DNA of 64,000 nt from Octopus sinensis (GCF_006345805.1 NC_042997.1:32054001-32118000), one strand, 5' to 3'. Shown: positions 24,242 through 37,519, counted from the stretch's first letter. Notes: generated by a model from the letters alone, not told the origin. Program-made: numbers and translations.

Positions 24242-26563
24242 GGTTTGGAGATGCCACTATGAAAGGTTGCTGAATAAAGAAAATGAATGGGATAAAGAGA
24301 GTCTGCCGAATGTTGACCCAACAGAGGGACCAGCTATCCGAGTTGATAGTTCCGTGGTAGCTAAGGCAATTAGAAGCATGAAGACAGGGAAAGCCCCAGG
24401 CCCATCAGGAATTACTGCAGAGATGCTCAAAATATCTGGCAGTGTCGGCTATAACCTAGTCACCCGTATAGTCAACCAGGTGATACACGAAGGAGTCATA
24501 CCCAATGACTGGTGTAGCAGCATACTAGTCAACTGCTACAAAGGTAAAGGTGATGCCCTGGATACAAATAATTACAGAGGTATCAAGCTGTTGGATCAGG
24601 TAATGAAGGTTACGGAGAGGGTCATAGCCCAACTAATTAGAGAGAGAGTTAGTTTAGATGAGATGCAGTTTGGGTTTGTCCCAGGGAAAAGCACCACTGA
24701 TGCTATATTCCTGGTAAGGCAGCTGCAGGAGAAATACCTAGCCAAAGATAAGCCCCTGTACCTGGCTTTCGTTGACATGGAGAAAGCCTTTGATAGGGTC
24801 CCCCGATCCCTCATCTGGTGGTCAATGAGGAAACTAGGGATAGATGAATGGCTGGTGAGGGCTGTGCAAGCCATGTACAGAGATGCCGTAAGTAAGGTTA
24901 GAGTTGGCAGCATGTACACAGAAGAATTCAAGGTAGAGGTTGGGGTCCACCAGGGTTCAGCACTCAGCCCCCTCCTATTTATCATAGTCCTCCAGGCAAT
25001 TGTGGAGGAATTCAAGACAGGTTGCCCCTGGGAGCTCCTCTATGCTGACGACCTCGCTCTAATCGCTGAGTCACTATCAGAACTGGAGGAGAAGTTCCAG
25101 GTGTGGAAGGAGGGTTTAGAATCGAGGGGCCTTAGAGTCAACCTAGCTAAAACCAAAGTACTAATAAGTAGAAAGTTAGAAAATCCACAAATATCCTCAG
25201 GAAGATGGCCCTGCTCGATCTGTAGAAAAGGTGTAGGTAGAAACTCTATAAGATGTACCCAGTGTAAGCTATGGACACATAAGAGGTGCAGCAATATCAA
25301 AGGTAGGCTAACTGGGAAGATAGTTTTTGTATGTGGCAGATGCTCTGGAGCATTGACCTCCGAAAATCTGCAGAAAACAACTTCCGTCACTTTCCGGGGG
25401 GAAAAACTAGAAGTAGTTGATAGCTTCCGCTATCTAGGTGACCAAGTCAGTAGTGGGGGCGGGTGCGCTGAAAGTGTAACTGCTAGAATAAGAATAGCCT
25501 GGGCAAAGTTTAGGGAGCTCTTACCTCTGCTGGTGACTAAAGGCCTCTCGCTCAGAGTAAAAGGCAGACTGTATGATGCATGTGTACGAACAGCTATGCT
25601 ACATGGCAGTGAAACATGGGCCGTGACTGCTGAGGACATGCGTAAGCTTGTGAGGAACGAAGCCAGTATGCTCCGATGGATGTGTAATGTCAGTGTACTT
25701 ACTCGACAGAGCGTTAGTACCTTGAGAGAAATGTTGTACCTAAGAAGCATCAGTTGTTGTGTGCAAGAGAGACGATTGCGCTGGTATGGTCATGTGGCGA
25801 GAATGGATGAAGATAGGTGTGTGAGAAAGTGCCAATCCCTAGCAGTTGAGGGAACCCGTGGAAGAGGTAGACCCAGGAAAACCTGGGACGAAGTGGTGAA
25901 GCACGACCTTCGGACGTTAGGTCTCACCATGGAAATGACTAGAGACCGAGACCTATGGAAGTATGCTGTGCGTGAGAAGACCCGGCAAGACTAGTGAAGC
26001 CATAATCCGTGGCCCCTACCTGGGACGTAGTCAGTCCACCTGTGCATACCTTCCTTCTTGTGACACTTGTGAAGACCTGTTGAGGCAAGTGAGAATCAAA
26101 TCAAATCAAATCAAATCAAATCGAACCAAATCAAAATAGATGAACATCAATGGAATTTGTATCCTTGTGGTACCAGTGCCGGTGGCACATAAGAAAACCA
26201 TCCGAACGTGATCGTAGCCAGTACCGCAACGACTGGCCTCCGTGCTGAGGGCACATAACAAACACCATCCGAGCGTGGCCGTCCGCCAGCCCCGTCTGGC
26301 ACCTGTGTCGGTGGCACATAAAAAAACACCATCCGAGCGTGGCCATCTGCCAGCCTCGTCTGGCACCTGTGTCGGTGGCACATAAAATCACCCACTACAC
26401 TCTCGGAGTGGTTGGCGTTAGGAAGGGCATCCAGCTGTAGAAACACTGCCAGATCTGACTGGCCTGGTGCAGCCTTCGGGCTTGCCAGACCCCAGTTGAA
26501 CCGTCCAACCCATGCTAGCATGGAAAGCGGACGTTAAACGATGATGATGATGATGATGATGAT
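24242..26563 (+). mobile_element. RTE-clade LINE, 5'-truncated, intact 575-aa RT/C-terminal ORF (24267-25994), 3' UTR and (GAT)n tail
   Basis: Protein is nearly identical to the 60220 ORF. Lies in a TRUB2 intron, antisense to the gene. Confidence 0.95.
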
Positions 26564-26700
26564 ATATACACATATATATATACCAGAGTAAGCACATAAA
26601 TGTGAAACAAGGTGGGGAAAAAATAATACTCAAATACCGGAGGTAAAGTAATATGCTTTATTATTAATGCTGCAAAAACATCACGAAAATATCACAAAAG

Positions 26701-26740
26701 ACTGCAACTCAGAGTTTCATGCTCCCATTCATCAGGCAGT
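26701..26740 (-). ncRNA. Minimal type I hammerhead ribozyme with intact core, sense in a TRUB2 intron
   Basis: Minus strand: ACTGC-CTGATGA-ATG ggag CAT-GAAA-CTC t GAG-T-T-GCAGT. 5-bp stem I, 3-bp stem II, quasi-palindromic stem III, GUU triplet. Confidence 0.8.
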
Positions 26741-26767
26741 TGTGATCGAGAATGGAATCTTAATCAC

Positions 26768-26808
26768 AATAGCCTGATGAACAGGAACAAGAAATTCTGA
26801 GTAGCAGT
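26768..26808 (+). ncRNA. Degenerate inverted copy of the 26701 hammerhead
   Basis: aatagc-CTGATGA-acaggaacaa-GAAA-ttctgag-T-A-gcagt. Core words are present but stems I and II are eroded. Confidence 0.55.
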
Positions 26809-26961
26809 TTTTTGTGATATCTTTGTTTTTGCAGCTTTAATAATAAAGTATAAACACACACATATCCAAAACACAAACCATATGTATACATATACTCAGT
26901 GAAGTGATGAAATATTTTTTCAGATTCAGATTTAAGAAATGAAAAAAGAAACATCACTCAC

Positions 26962-27082
26962 CATTTGAAATATTAAATTTCAGGGTATCAAATAATCTCT
27001 GCATTGTAACATTTTCAGGTTTATAAACACAGAATACTCCATGAAGTCTTCGGTATACAGAAGGCGCCCAGTCTAACTTCAT
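26962..27082 (-). CDS. TRUB2: TRUB2 coding exon 1 (MKLDWAPSVYRRLHGVFCVYKPENVTMQRLFDTLKFNISN)
   Basis: Manual translation matches the TruB2 N-terminal RLHGxFxVYKP motif. tttgcag acceptor lies 8 nt upstream of the ATG and GTGAGT donor at 26961. 121 nt, ends in phase 1. Confidence 0.9.
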
Positions 27083-29940
27083 TTCTTCTTCTGCAAAAGA
27101 TAAATTTTATTGGTTAAGTTTTATAATTCGAGCAGTAAATTAAATGATTCAACCGGTGGTGTGTAAAGCACCATCCGAACGTTGCCAATGCCAGCGCCAC
27201 CTTGACTGGCTTCCGTGCCGGTGGCACGTAAAAAGCACCAACCGATCGTGACCGTTGCCAGCCTCACCTGACACCTGTGCTGGTGGCATGTAAAAAGCAC
27301 CCACTACACTCACAGAGTGGTTAGCGTTAGGAAGGGTATCTAGCTGTAGAAACACTGCCAGATCAGACTGAAGCCTGGTGCAGGCTCCTGGCTCCCAGAC
27401 CCCGGTCAAACCGTCCAACCCATGCTAGCATGGAAAACGGACATTAAACGATGATGATGATGACCCATTTAGGAACTAGAGGTGAAGCTCATGTTTTTGT
27501 TCTTCACAAGTATACTGGGTTGGTTCCGCTGCTGATACTATATAATGAAACACTACATTGCATTCAGGAAGAAGGCTATGCTTTTGATTAACAAAGATTT
27601 ACTTACCAACATGCTTCAAAAATTAACTTATAAAACATAACAATGATGCTTCTCTTTCTTCCTTACAACAATAGCTTGGACAATATGCATTTCAGTATCT
27701 ATTCTGGCTTCGGCATTCTCAGTTTGAATCCCACCAAGACCAGTATCGCCTTTCACCATTCTGAGGGTTATAAAGTACCAACATAGACCAGTGGATTGGC
27801 ACAACAGTTACAGCATCAGAAGGGAAGCTTTGTAGCATTTCTTCTGAGTCCAAGTCTGTCTGTAGCTTACTTGGTTGATAAACTTAATCCATCACCACCA
27901 ACTGGTCCTTGGGGCTTTAGTATAGTGCATTCCGTGATAAATATTCAGGCAAGGTCATCAGTTTGAAGATTCCTTTCTCCTCCTCCTTTCACCAGTCTCA
28001 GAAACCCTGAAAAAGTAGGGGCACAGCTTTTCCTCTTGACTCAGCATTTAAATAAAATACACCCTCCACTCATGCCCACTTCTTCTGTCATTCATATTGT
28101 TATACCCTACACTAAACACTATAGTTATTCCTTCTTCCCTAGAATTGCTACTGTCTTAGCCAATTTTCTTCCTCAACACATCAATCTTTCAGTTTCTTTC
28201 AGCCATTTTTCATTCACCACTTGATGAAACCTCAAGCACGTCTTTGCTGGTTTATATATACTGGTTGTATGACAGGCCTACTTGCCCATGCTGGCTAATT
28301 GCAGATTGGACAGATTGATCCTGTGGTCAGACAATTATCCCTGGCTATTAATACCTGGACAGAATTTAAGCTCTCAATGAGAACTAAGTTCTAGGAATTT
28401 AATTTCAGGACTCATCGGTATTTCACTCCACCTACCTTACATTTTCCAGTGCCCTTGACAAATGAAAGAGTATGACAACCACTACCATTCTGCCTCCTGG
28501 TTTTAGCTGCTGCTAAGGTTACCCCTAAACAAATGGTAAACACGAAGATCTCTATGTTGAATTCAGAGAAGTCTTCCTGAATTGAAAATAGTGATTTGGC
28601 GCAATAGTTACAATGTCAGACGAAATACTTTCTGATATTTAGTTTGTTCTTTTACGTTTTGGATTCAACTCCATGTTTTTATTTGTTTGTTTCTCTTTTT
28701 TCATCCTTCCAGAGTCGATAATATAATGTATTAGTCAAATAATACTGGTGACATTTAATATTCCTATAATGCATCCTAGATGTGATAGCAATTATAAAAG
28801 ATGACAGAAGTATGGAAAAGGAAGAATCCGTCAAGTAGGACTATGTTCTTCAGGAAAGGTAACAGCTGACATTTCTGGCTGGGTCTATTTTCGAATAAAA
28901 TAAATAATACGAAAAAAAGGAGAGCGGATTAAGTTTGTTGGGTCTTCACACTCGTTATATATATAGAAGAACTTGCTTTTGTTGATTAGCACCGCATGAA
29001 ACTTGATCAAAGATGTTCCAATTGTAGTAATTATATCTTATTTGTAGACAGTATATCTATAACGACATTATTCAAAGTACCCTTGTTTTAAAGATGGTAG
29101 TGAGTGATTCGAGGGAAGTTTACTATTTCGATGAAGGTCAAGCGACAATGAAGAGGCTCCCTCGTTAAATATAGGATATTCTAGAAGTGACTAACAGAGA
29201 CAAACTGAAGAATTTTTGGTGTTTATATAGTTTAGTTATAAATGTAGTGAATTTACAGGATACATGCACATAGAAGTATACAGTTTACCAGATCTGGGTA
29301 TACAATATTATATCTTGACTACAAATAGCAATAAAATGCAAATATACACACAAATTTTACTACAATAAGTATGTAAAAAGGAAACAGGATTCATGTGATC
29401 CCTATCATGATAAATATATACATAAGTGACAATTAATGAATTAAATTTTGTATAAAGATTACAGTTCGAAGGATTAGTTACCTGAAATAAACAATATTTT
29501 GGTCAACACATGAGTGCTTGGTGTTCGAAAAACAGGATTGGTATTTCAACGAAAATAGTATTTGTAAAATAAAAATAAAAAAATTAAAATTCGAAGGTAC
29601 TGATAATTTTGTTGACTTCCAAAAGTTTTGATTAATTCTAAAGTTTAACTTTTTTTTACATGTTTGAAAAAAATAGAGAAGATTTATATTTGTTTGAATA
29701 GTATAATAAACGAAAAGTCGTAATTTCATACTCAATCCTAATTTTATATAAATTCATCGTTTCTATCAAGTAAACATTAGTAGCAACCGTAAGATGTACT
29801 TTTCCTATTTCTTAGCAATAAATTTATAAATATTTAATGGATATTTATTTAAAGTTGTACGTATTTTTTTTAAACTTACCACTTACAAATTTCTAGGTTT
29901 TGATCGGATTTGAACCGTTTCCATTTAATATCAAATGTAT

Positions 29941-30106
29941 AGGCGCAGGAGTGGCTGTCTGGTAAGTAGCTTGTTTACCAACCACATGGTTCCGGGTTCA
30001 GTCCCACTGCGTGGCACCTTGGACAAGTGTCTTCTACTATAGTCTTGGGCCGACCAAAGCCTTGTGAGTGGATTTGGTAAACAGAAACTGAAAGAAGCCC
30101 GTCGTA

Positions 30107-30181
<75 letters not shown>

Positions 30182-30360
30182 TGTGTGTGTTTGTGCGTCT
30201 GTGTTTGTCCCCCTAACATTGCTTGACAACCGATGCTGTGTTTATGTCCCCGTTACTTAGCGGTTCGGCATAGAATAAGTACTGGGCTTACAAAAGAATA
30301 AGTCCCGGTGCTCCAGCATGGCCGCAGTCAAATGACTGAAACAAGTAAAAGAGAAAAGAG
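29941..30360 (+). mobile_element. Composite SINE: tRNA/CORE-like head, internal microsatellite, conserved 3' module. Other copies at 39235-39625(+), 51120-51530(-), 58290-58720(-), 54380-55372(-), 18955-21225(+)
   Basis: Head ggcgcaggagtggctgt...ggttcagtcccactgcgtggcaccttgggcaagtgtctt (CORE-like ccttgggcaagt). Tail module gtttgtcccc...cagcatggccgcagtcaaatgactgaaacaagtaaaagag. Confidence 0.8.
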
Positions 30361-31389
30361 TATATATAACTCTTTACTTTACCAAAAGCAGTACGGAAAC
30401 AAAATCCAAATACAGTGAAAGGTGGTGTCCCGGCTAGGACAGTAAACAAAATGCGTATCACTTTTATCTTTCAGTGTGTCTCTGTGTGTGTTATTGCAGT
30501 ACTGGAGGCCCAAGCGACCCCTAAAGCACGTATCTGAAGGTCCCCTTGGTTGTGACATGCAGCGCATCTAAACCTGACGAAGCCCATTTCTCTCGAAGTG
30601 TAACCACTGCCGAGGAAAAAGATATCTTGACTGGTTCTTTATTTGTCGACCACGAAGGGATGAAAGCAAAGTTGACCACGTTGGGATTTGAACTTCGAAC
30701 GCAGAGAGCCAGAACGCATATTCTTAAGATACTGTATCCGATGTAATGTTTCTAGCAACTGGCAATTCACACGCAACGTGGACCGTCGCTACCAAAGATA
30801 ATAGATTCATAAAAATGATCAATAATGTGAAACTAATTCCTCTGTCCCTTGTTCTACAGTTGTCATAAAATTACATTGAACATCTGATAGCTAGTTATAT
30901 TGTGATACGGTGCTACTAGACAGATGGTATGTTAACAGAAGAGTGAGAAAAATAAGAACCAAAGGCAAATGATATTTCACCAAAATAAATCATATAAAAT
31001 CTATTTGCCAACATAAGATGGCAGTCTTGCTTTGGACCATGTTATTATCTTTTAACCCCATCTTTTCCAGTTGGTTATCGACACACAATCTGTGTCTGAA
31101 ATAGCTTTAAATCTCTGAAAGAGATCTGAGTAGTAACTATACTTCGTAGTAAAATCTATTTGTCAAGGTAGTAACATAGTCCTACGCAGGACTGCCACCT
31201 AACGTTGGTAAATAGATTTTACTATGAAGTTATAGTTACTATTTAGGTCTCGTTCAGAGATTTTTAAGATTAGCTGTTTTACTCATAAGTCATATATATT
31301 TCGTTTTAATATTTGGTTTGCAAGGTTCTTGATGTGAACTTATACAATAAAGTAATGTGTGTGTGTGTGTGTTTGTTTGTTTTCCGTCC

Positions 31390-31625
31390 GTCCTCTTTCA
31401 GAGTCCCGGAAAGGAGATACGTGACATTGCTGGCCAGCCAGATCTGGCGATTACAAGACGAAGAGCTTCCATACACGATCGCATGGAAAATACTCGAGAA
31501 CCCAGGCAACTACATAAACGGAATGAAACGGTGCCAGTTATGCACTGCCGAATGCACAAGGATCCTTAAATACTAGGAGCATCCTGAACTCTAGGACGGA
31601 GATTTTAGAAAATTCTTGTTGACCT
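31390..31625 (+). mobile_element. Penelope-like element GIY-YIG endonuclease C-terminal remnant
   Basis: LASQIWRLQDEELPYTIAWKILE...KRCQLCTAECTRIL, then LNSRTEIL in another frame. Fits the PLE pattern LSKYIWxLK...IxWKIL...CxLCxxE...LNxRxE. Confidence 0.7.
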
Positions 31626-33224
31626 TTTTGGAATCCGCATGGCGACACCACAGCCGGAGACCAATAGCCAAGGCCAAAAAGAGACAATCGTTTACCTTCG
31701 TGGTGCTTTGGTGACTGCAAGGTGCCAGTGCGGCCAAAGATCAATGGACAATGGTAAGAGTAAAACCTAGAGTTTTACTCTTAAAAACGAGGATTTTCCT
31801 CCTCCACATTTTAAAGAGATTAGGCAGCAGTCTTTGGGGGTCTGAATATACACCGTAAAGTTAAACCCTTTATGAGCGAGAAACCCTTGGTAACCATAAA
31901 CAGTCCAGGTCTGGAACGTAAATAAGTAAATACTAACAAGAAAAAGTGGTATGTAGTAGCATATGTGAAAAGTACCGCCATAGAGCGGAAAATAACGAAA
32001 TTCAAAGGTGCCATAAGGATTAAATTACCAGCTGAACGTTACCCGGAACACATAAAGGGAGTGGTGATTGATAAGGAAAGGTATAAAAAGTTGAAAGAAC
32101 TATTTGTAGATGAAGTGAACCCTTTGGGGGAAGAAATTGAATTTGAAGAACTACCAAAAGTAGTTACATACGAGGAGGTAATACTTATAATGAATGGAAG
32201 GTTTGGAGATGATGTACAGGTATTTTATATTAGAAGAAATGAGGTACTCAGAAAATCGGATGGTTTATATTTACAGAAATCAAACTAAGTTAGTTTGATT
32301 TGAAAACCCCACTAGAATGGGAGAAAGCGCTAATACATGATTTAAGTTATATGATGTATAAAAAATGTAATATTCAAATAAATATCTGTAAATATAAACC
32401 ATCCGATTTTCTGAGTACCTCATTTCTTCTAATATATATATATATATATATCATTTGCATTTACATCTCTCTTAGAGCCTATTAGTTATATGTGACTTAT
32501 TCTTTCTATATCGCTTTCAAACGCCCGTCTCGTATACACTATCCGTTGTGAAAAATTGTATGCTTATAAATTCATCTGAAATATATTCGCTTAAGCAAAT
32601 TTTCTTGATAATAACACCTTTCTGGTAGTGTCATCTGGGTCCATAAGAGTAGGATTCAGCCGTTATGTTGGTCTGGGGCCCAGGGAGTTAAGTGGGACTC
32701 AAAGATCCAAGAATAGGCACTGGAAATTTCTGGTTTGTAGGAGTAGGACTAACGCTCCACTACCAGCAGGTGGTGCTCAAAAGCAATCTCGTTGCGCCTT
32801 GAAAAATTTATCCCAGACTCACAAGATATATAATTTCTACTGATCAGATTATCTTTCATCTACCACAGATAAATGAAATAGTTTACAGTACTAAATTTTT
32901 AACTATAAATGATTCTATGAAATATATTTTATGCACACAAATAGAGCTTACAATCTTTTTTATAAGTTTGTAACTGTTTATTATTTTCAATATTTTAAAA
33001 TCACCTATATACAAATTCGCAAATCGTACATCTGTACATGAAAACTTTATTTCCATTTATTTTCGCTTGTACAGCAGCAAGGTAGTTTTGGGGGGAAATT
33101 TGCTTGCGATTTGGTGTTATAAGCTTTTGAAGTGTTATATATGTCGAGAGACAACCTGTTTAATTATCTCTAGTGTATCAGGAGTGAAACACATTTGCTG
33201 TAAGCAATAGTTATGATAAAATAA

Positions 33225-33465
33225 ATGCGCCCTTTTAAAGCATAGCCAGGCTCATGGGCCCGGTTTCTATGGCGTATGTGTTCCCCAGCTGGACGGGACG
33301 CCAGTCCATTGCAGCGTTACTCATTTTTGCCAGCTGTGTGAACTGGAGCAACGTGAAATGAAGTGTTTTGCTCAAGAACACAACGCGTCGTTCGGTCCAG
33401 GAATCGAAACCACAATCTTACGATCATGGTGCTGACACCCTAACCACTAAGCCACGCGCTTCCAC
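33225..33465 (-). mobile_element. tRNA-headed SINE with V-domain-like core; relative at 34667-34870(+)
   Basis: A and B boxes plus atggactggcgtcccgtccag, which resembles the V-SINE central domain as recalled. Confidence 0.6.
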
Positions 33466-36080
33466 TTAGCAATAGTTATAGTTAGTATAAAACTGTCAGA
33501 GCTTTGAAACCGTTAACCCTCATGAAGTGATATAAGATCCAGGAGATATGGACTATTGTGCTGTATGTGAGTATATGGTAGAAGCACTTGTCATTAGGCT
33601 GTGAGCGACGACTCGATAAATAAATAGACGGTAGTAGATTGGTAAAGATTACCGTGTGGAGTGCATCTAAAAGGGATGCAGAGAGGAGAAGACACTGAGA
33701 AATAAAGAACTATGAACGAGAAAATGTTCAAGAGAGACAACCAGGATGAAATTGAATAACTTTGTTTTATGAAGAAACTTTCGTGTCTGTCTCATTGAGC
33801 AAAATCTTCAATGTTTTTTTTTACCAGTATAATCGCAATCTAAACCATCTAAAATGTATCTCTGCAAAATTCCATTGAAAACTATAAAGAAAGTTGATGA
33901 AATGTAGTTGGGTGGATGCACATTTCTGCAGTTAAACCCAATACAGAGCTCGGAAAAGGGTGAAAGAAAATAAACAAAGCGACAACGAAAATAAAGTAAG
34001 AAAATGTTATCAATGTGCAAGCACATCAAACAGATTGAAAGACAAAAGGACAGTAAAAGCCATAAGGAGGAAAGGATGCATAGGCATGTCAGGAGTAGTG
34101 TTGGTAAATTTCGAGAAGCATTGAATATTTGAAGAATCTGTTTTCCTAGCAGCTAAAATAGCATTAATGTATCTCAATATATGACTGTAGACCTTCTCGT
34201 ATTTCTGACAGGCTTTTACTTAACATATATAATGAACATGTTGTATACAGTTCTCCCGTGCAAACAAAATATAAGAGAAACTTTCATGAGTCAAAAATCT
34301 TATGTTGTCAGTTACACGGGGAGTTAATTCCCTTATATGGTAGAAGTTATTTCCCTTCTATTTACAATTTGGTTTAATTGTTAGTTTGAGTGCGAAGACA
34401 CTGGGGACAATAATTAATACATTATATAGGTATCACATACACATACAGTGTTATATATGTAAATTCAAATATGTGAAATTTCTTCCCGAATTGTTTGATT
34501 TTTCGACTAAACTTTACTATGGAGTAAAACCATAGATTTAACCATAACTGCATATGTAAACCAATTAACTAACTACATTGAACACTTGTAAACAATTGTC
34601 ATATTTGTACACGATCACCTTGAATAGAAAAATATCCCTCTTTTTCCCACCTATTAAGTCTATGGTGAAGGCACGTGGCTTAATGGTTAGTATTTTCGAC
34701 TCACAATCGAAAGGTCACGAATTTGATTCCCGGTGGAGCAAGACACTTTTATTTCTTGTTGCTCTACTCCACTCAGCTGGTGAAAATGAGTAATCCCGTG
34801 TTGGACCGGCGTTTCGTCCAGGGTGTAAATAAATATATCATGGAAACTGGTCCTTATGACTCCACAGGGCTCGAAAAATCAGTTGTACTTATAATTCAAT
34901 GGGTCGACCGTGTCACATTCAGTGTGTCACGCTGAATCTCTCAGAAAATTGCGTTAAGGATATGCGAGTCTGTTAATTTCACGAGCAGGCTGTTCCGTTA
35001 ATCGGATCAACTGGAACGCTCATTGTCATAGCCGACGAGGTGCCCAGTCTATTTATAGTGCACATGCAAATTGTACAAATATAACAGCAGTTTGCGACTA
35101 CCTAATTAACTTTGATTAGTTTACAAATGTAGTTGCAGTTTAAATGTATGAATTTATCCATAGTAAAATTTAGTATATTTATGCCAGGTCGCAAGTAAAA
35201 AACAGTCAATCTTGTACGACCTGTTGCATGGTGGAGTTGACAGCGACCGAACTAGCTCCACAACCTGGATTACCTGGTGAAGAAGGTTACTGGAAACAAG
35301 GCAAAAAACAAGACTTATCAAAAGTGGTGTTGGACACGATGTAAAATCAAAGACTATCGAATAAGAACACAGGGACTTGGAATTTCTGAGTCAAAGTCCG
35401 GTATGCTGTAAAGTACCCTTTTGTTAAAGCATGTTTTGTGGCTACACCAGCAATATAACTGAGCAGGTGTTTTAGATTCAGCATTCCTGGAAGGCAGCCA
35501 AGCTGGGAGAAGAATGACTCCAGGCATAAACCCTCGCTGGATGTGAATCCCTGATTGAGTCACTGCAGAGTAAACTCTAGTGGAATATTGGATTTGAAAG
35601 GAACTTGTTCATTTTGAAGAGAGCATGAAGACACAGTAGATGGATTGAATCTGAGTCACTTACCACCTACACATGCACACACCACCCTCAACTATGAGGA
35701 TGACAATATTCATTCATACAAAGTTTAATATAGATATAAATGTTCTTAATCTTAAAGTCACTTAGCTCTGATACAAGACTAAACAACCTTATCAATGTAT
35801 ATTTAGTTAAGGACGTTAAACGACGACAATGATGATGATGATGATGATGATCACCCTCCTCCTCCTCCTCATCATCATCATCATCATCTAAATACACTGT
35901 ACAATATTGTTTAATTCTAAATTACACACCTGTATATAACAGTCTGTCATAGTGTAGAGAATTGTAAATAAGAACGAAATAAACAAAAACGCATGTTTTC
36001 ATTCACATTCTCTACTGGTCAATAAAATAGTTTAGCAGTGTGTGATATGCCATGTCAACCATGATAGGCTGTATATATGA

Positions 36081-36593
36081 TTAGCAGTATCGCCCGGCGT
36101 TGCTCGGGTTTGTAAGGGAAATAACTGTATAAGCATTTTTAGAGAGTTACTTCCCTTATAGATGCCAATTCGGGCTTTCTTAGCCATTTCTGTTTTGGTG
36201 TCTTCAAGCCATGAAGTCGTTGTTCTAAAAGAACGCTGGTCTCCTTGACAACGCTTTACGACGTTGATTTCCTTACACTCCCTTCCCCACAGCTTCACGA
36301 GGGAGGGAAGAAGGGGGAGAAGCAAACAGGTGCAGGTGTGACCATGGACGCCAACTCCGCCGCCATCGACACACGAAAAATTATGCATTAAAATGGAATA
36401 AAAAATGATGTTAAATTATTTTTAAAATCGTAGACTCATCGTAGACGCGCACTAATACTCAGACGGGCTCGATATGAATCGCGACTATAAGATACCCGAA
36501 TTTGGTTAAACTGCACCGCAAAATGTGGGAGTAGTTAGGAATCTAAATCGAAGGGGACAGACACTCACACAACTACAGTTTTATATATATAGA
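36081..36593 (-). mobile_element. Non-autonomous Helitron of the same family with an extra ~220-bp internal segment
   Basis: A|TCTATATATATAAAA start, same hairpin, CTAA|T end. Confidence 0.88.
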
Positions 36594-37519
36594 TATGAGG
36601 CTTTGTTTTCAACAAGAAAATAATATCACAGAAAAGACAACTGGAGTATATATTAAGATAACTCTTCAGTGAGATTGATCTGTTTTGATAAATACACACC
36701 AACCAGTTATGAAATGACAGAAATTGGTCACAAGAAGTTGAAAATATATATGGATGTATGCATGTGTGTGTTTGTGCACTAGTATACTTGCGCTGTCAAA
36801 AATTACAGCACTTTAAAAGAAATACGATAAAGCTGGTATTTAACCTATAAACTGGCATAACATACATTCCATTTATTTGATATAGACTTGTTACAAAATA
36901 TGTTGTAATAAAATATCTACTGAAAATAGTAGGAAACTGTATAAAATATGTCATAATAGAAGATCAACTAAAAATAGTGTGAAATTGTAAAAAAATACAG
37001 AGGAAATTTCAAAATTATTTTCAAGAATGTATGATGCATTGCTCAATGTAGGTGTGCAATGTTTCCAATGTGTATTTTTAGTGAACATAGTTGGAATGAC
37101 ATATACTTGGTAATTTTTACTATATATACAAGTCCACACTTAATTATTCAGATCTTTATTTCACTGTTTTGGAGAAGAAATTGCTTCTGATCAAATTTCT
37201 TCAACCATTGCTTCTTTCTATGTAGAACTTTAAATAATTCTTATTTCTAGTACAAAAATACGTACGTACGTACGTATGTATGTATGTATGTATGTATGTA
37301 TGTGTGCAGATTTGTATGTTTTGCTTTATGTATGTATTCTCATGCATATAGTTGCATATCTAGACATACTCATATATATTTAAATGATAAATTTCTGGAA
37401 AGTTTTGCAGGTTTCTACAGTTCCAGTGATGGATAGGATCGACAGTCTTTGAATTAGCTTTCTTGTGTATGTATGTATGTATGGATGGATGGATGGATGG
37501 ATGGATGGATGTGCGTATG

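Noticed and set aside
24596-25750. Minus-strand ORFs overlapping the RT ORFs (also 60660-61814)
   Set aside because: Antisense shadows of the RTE coding frame.
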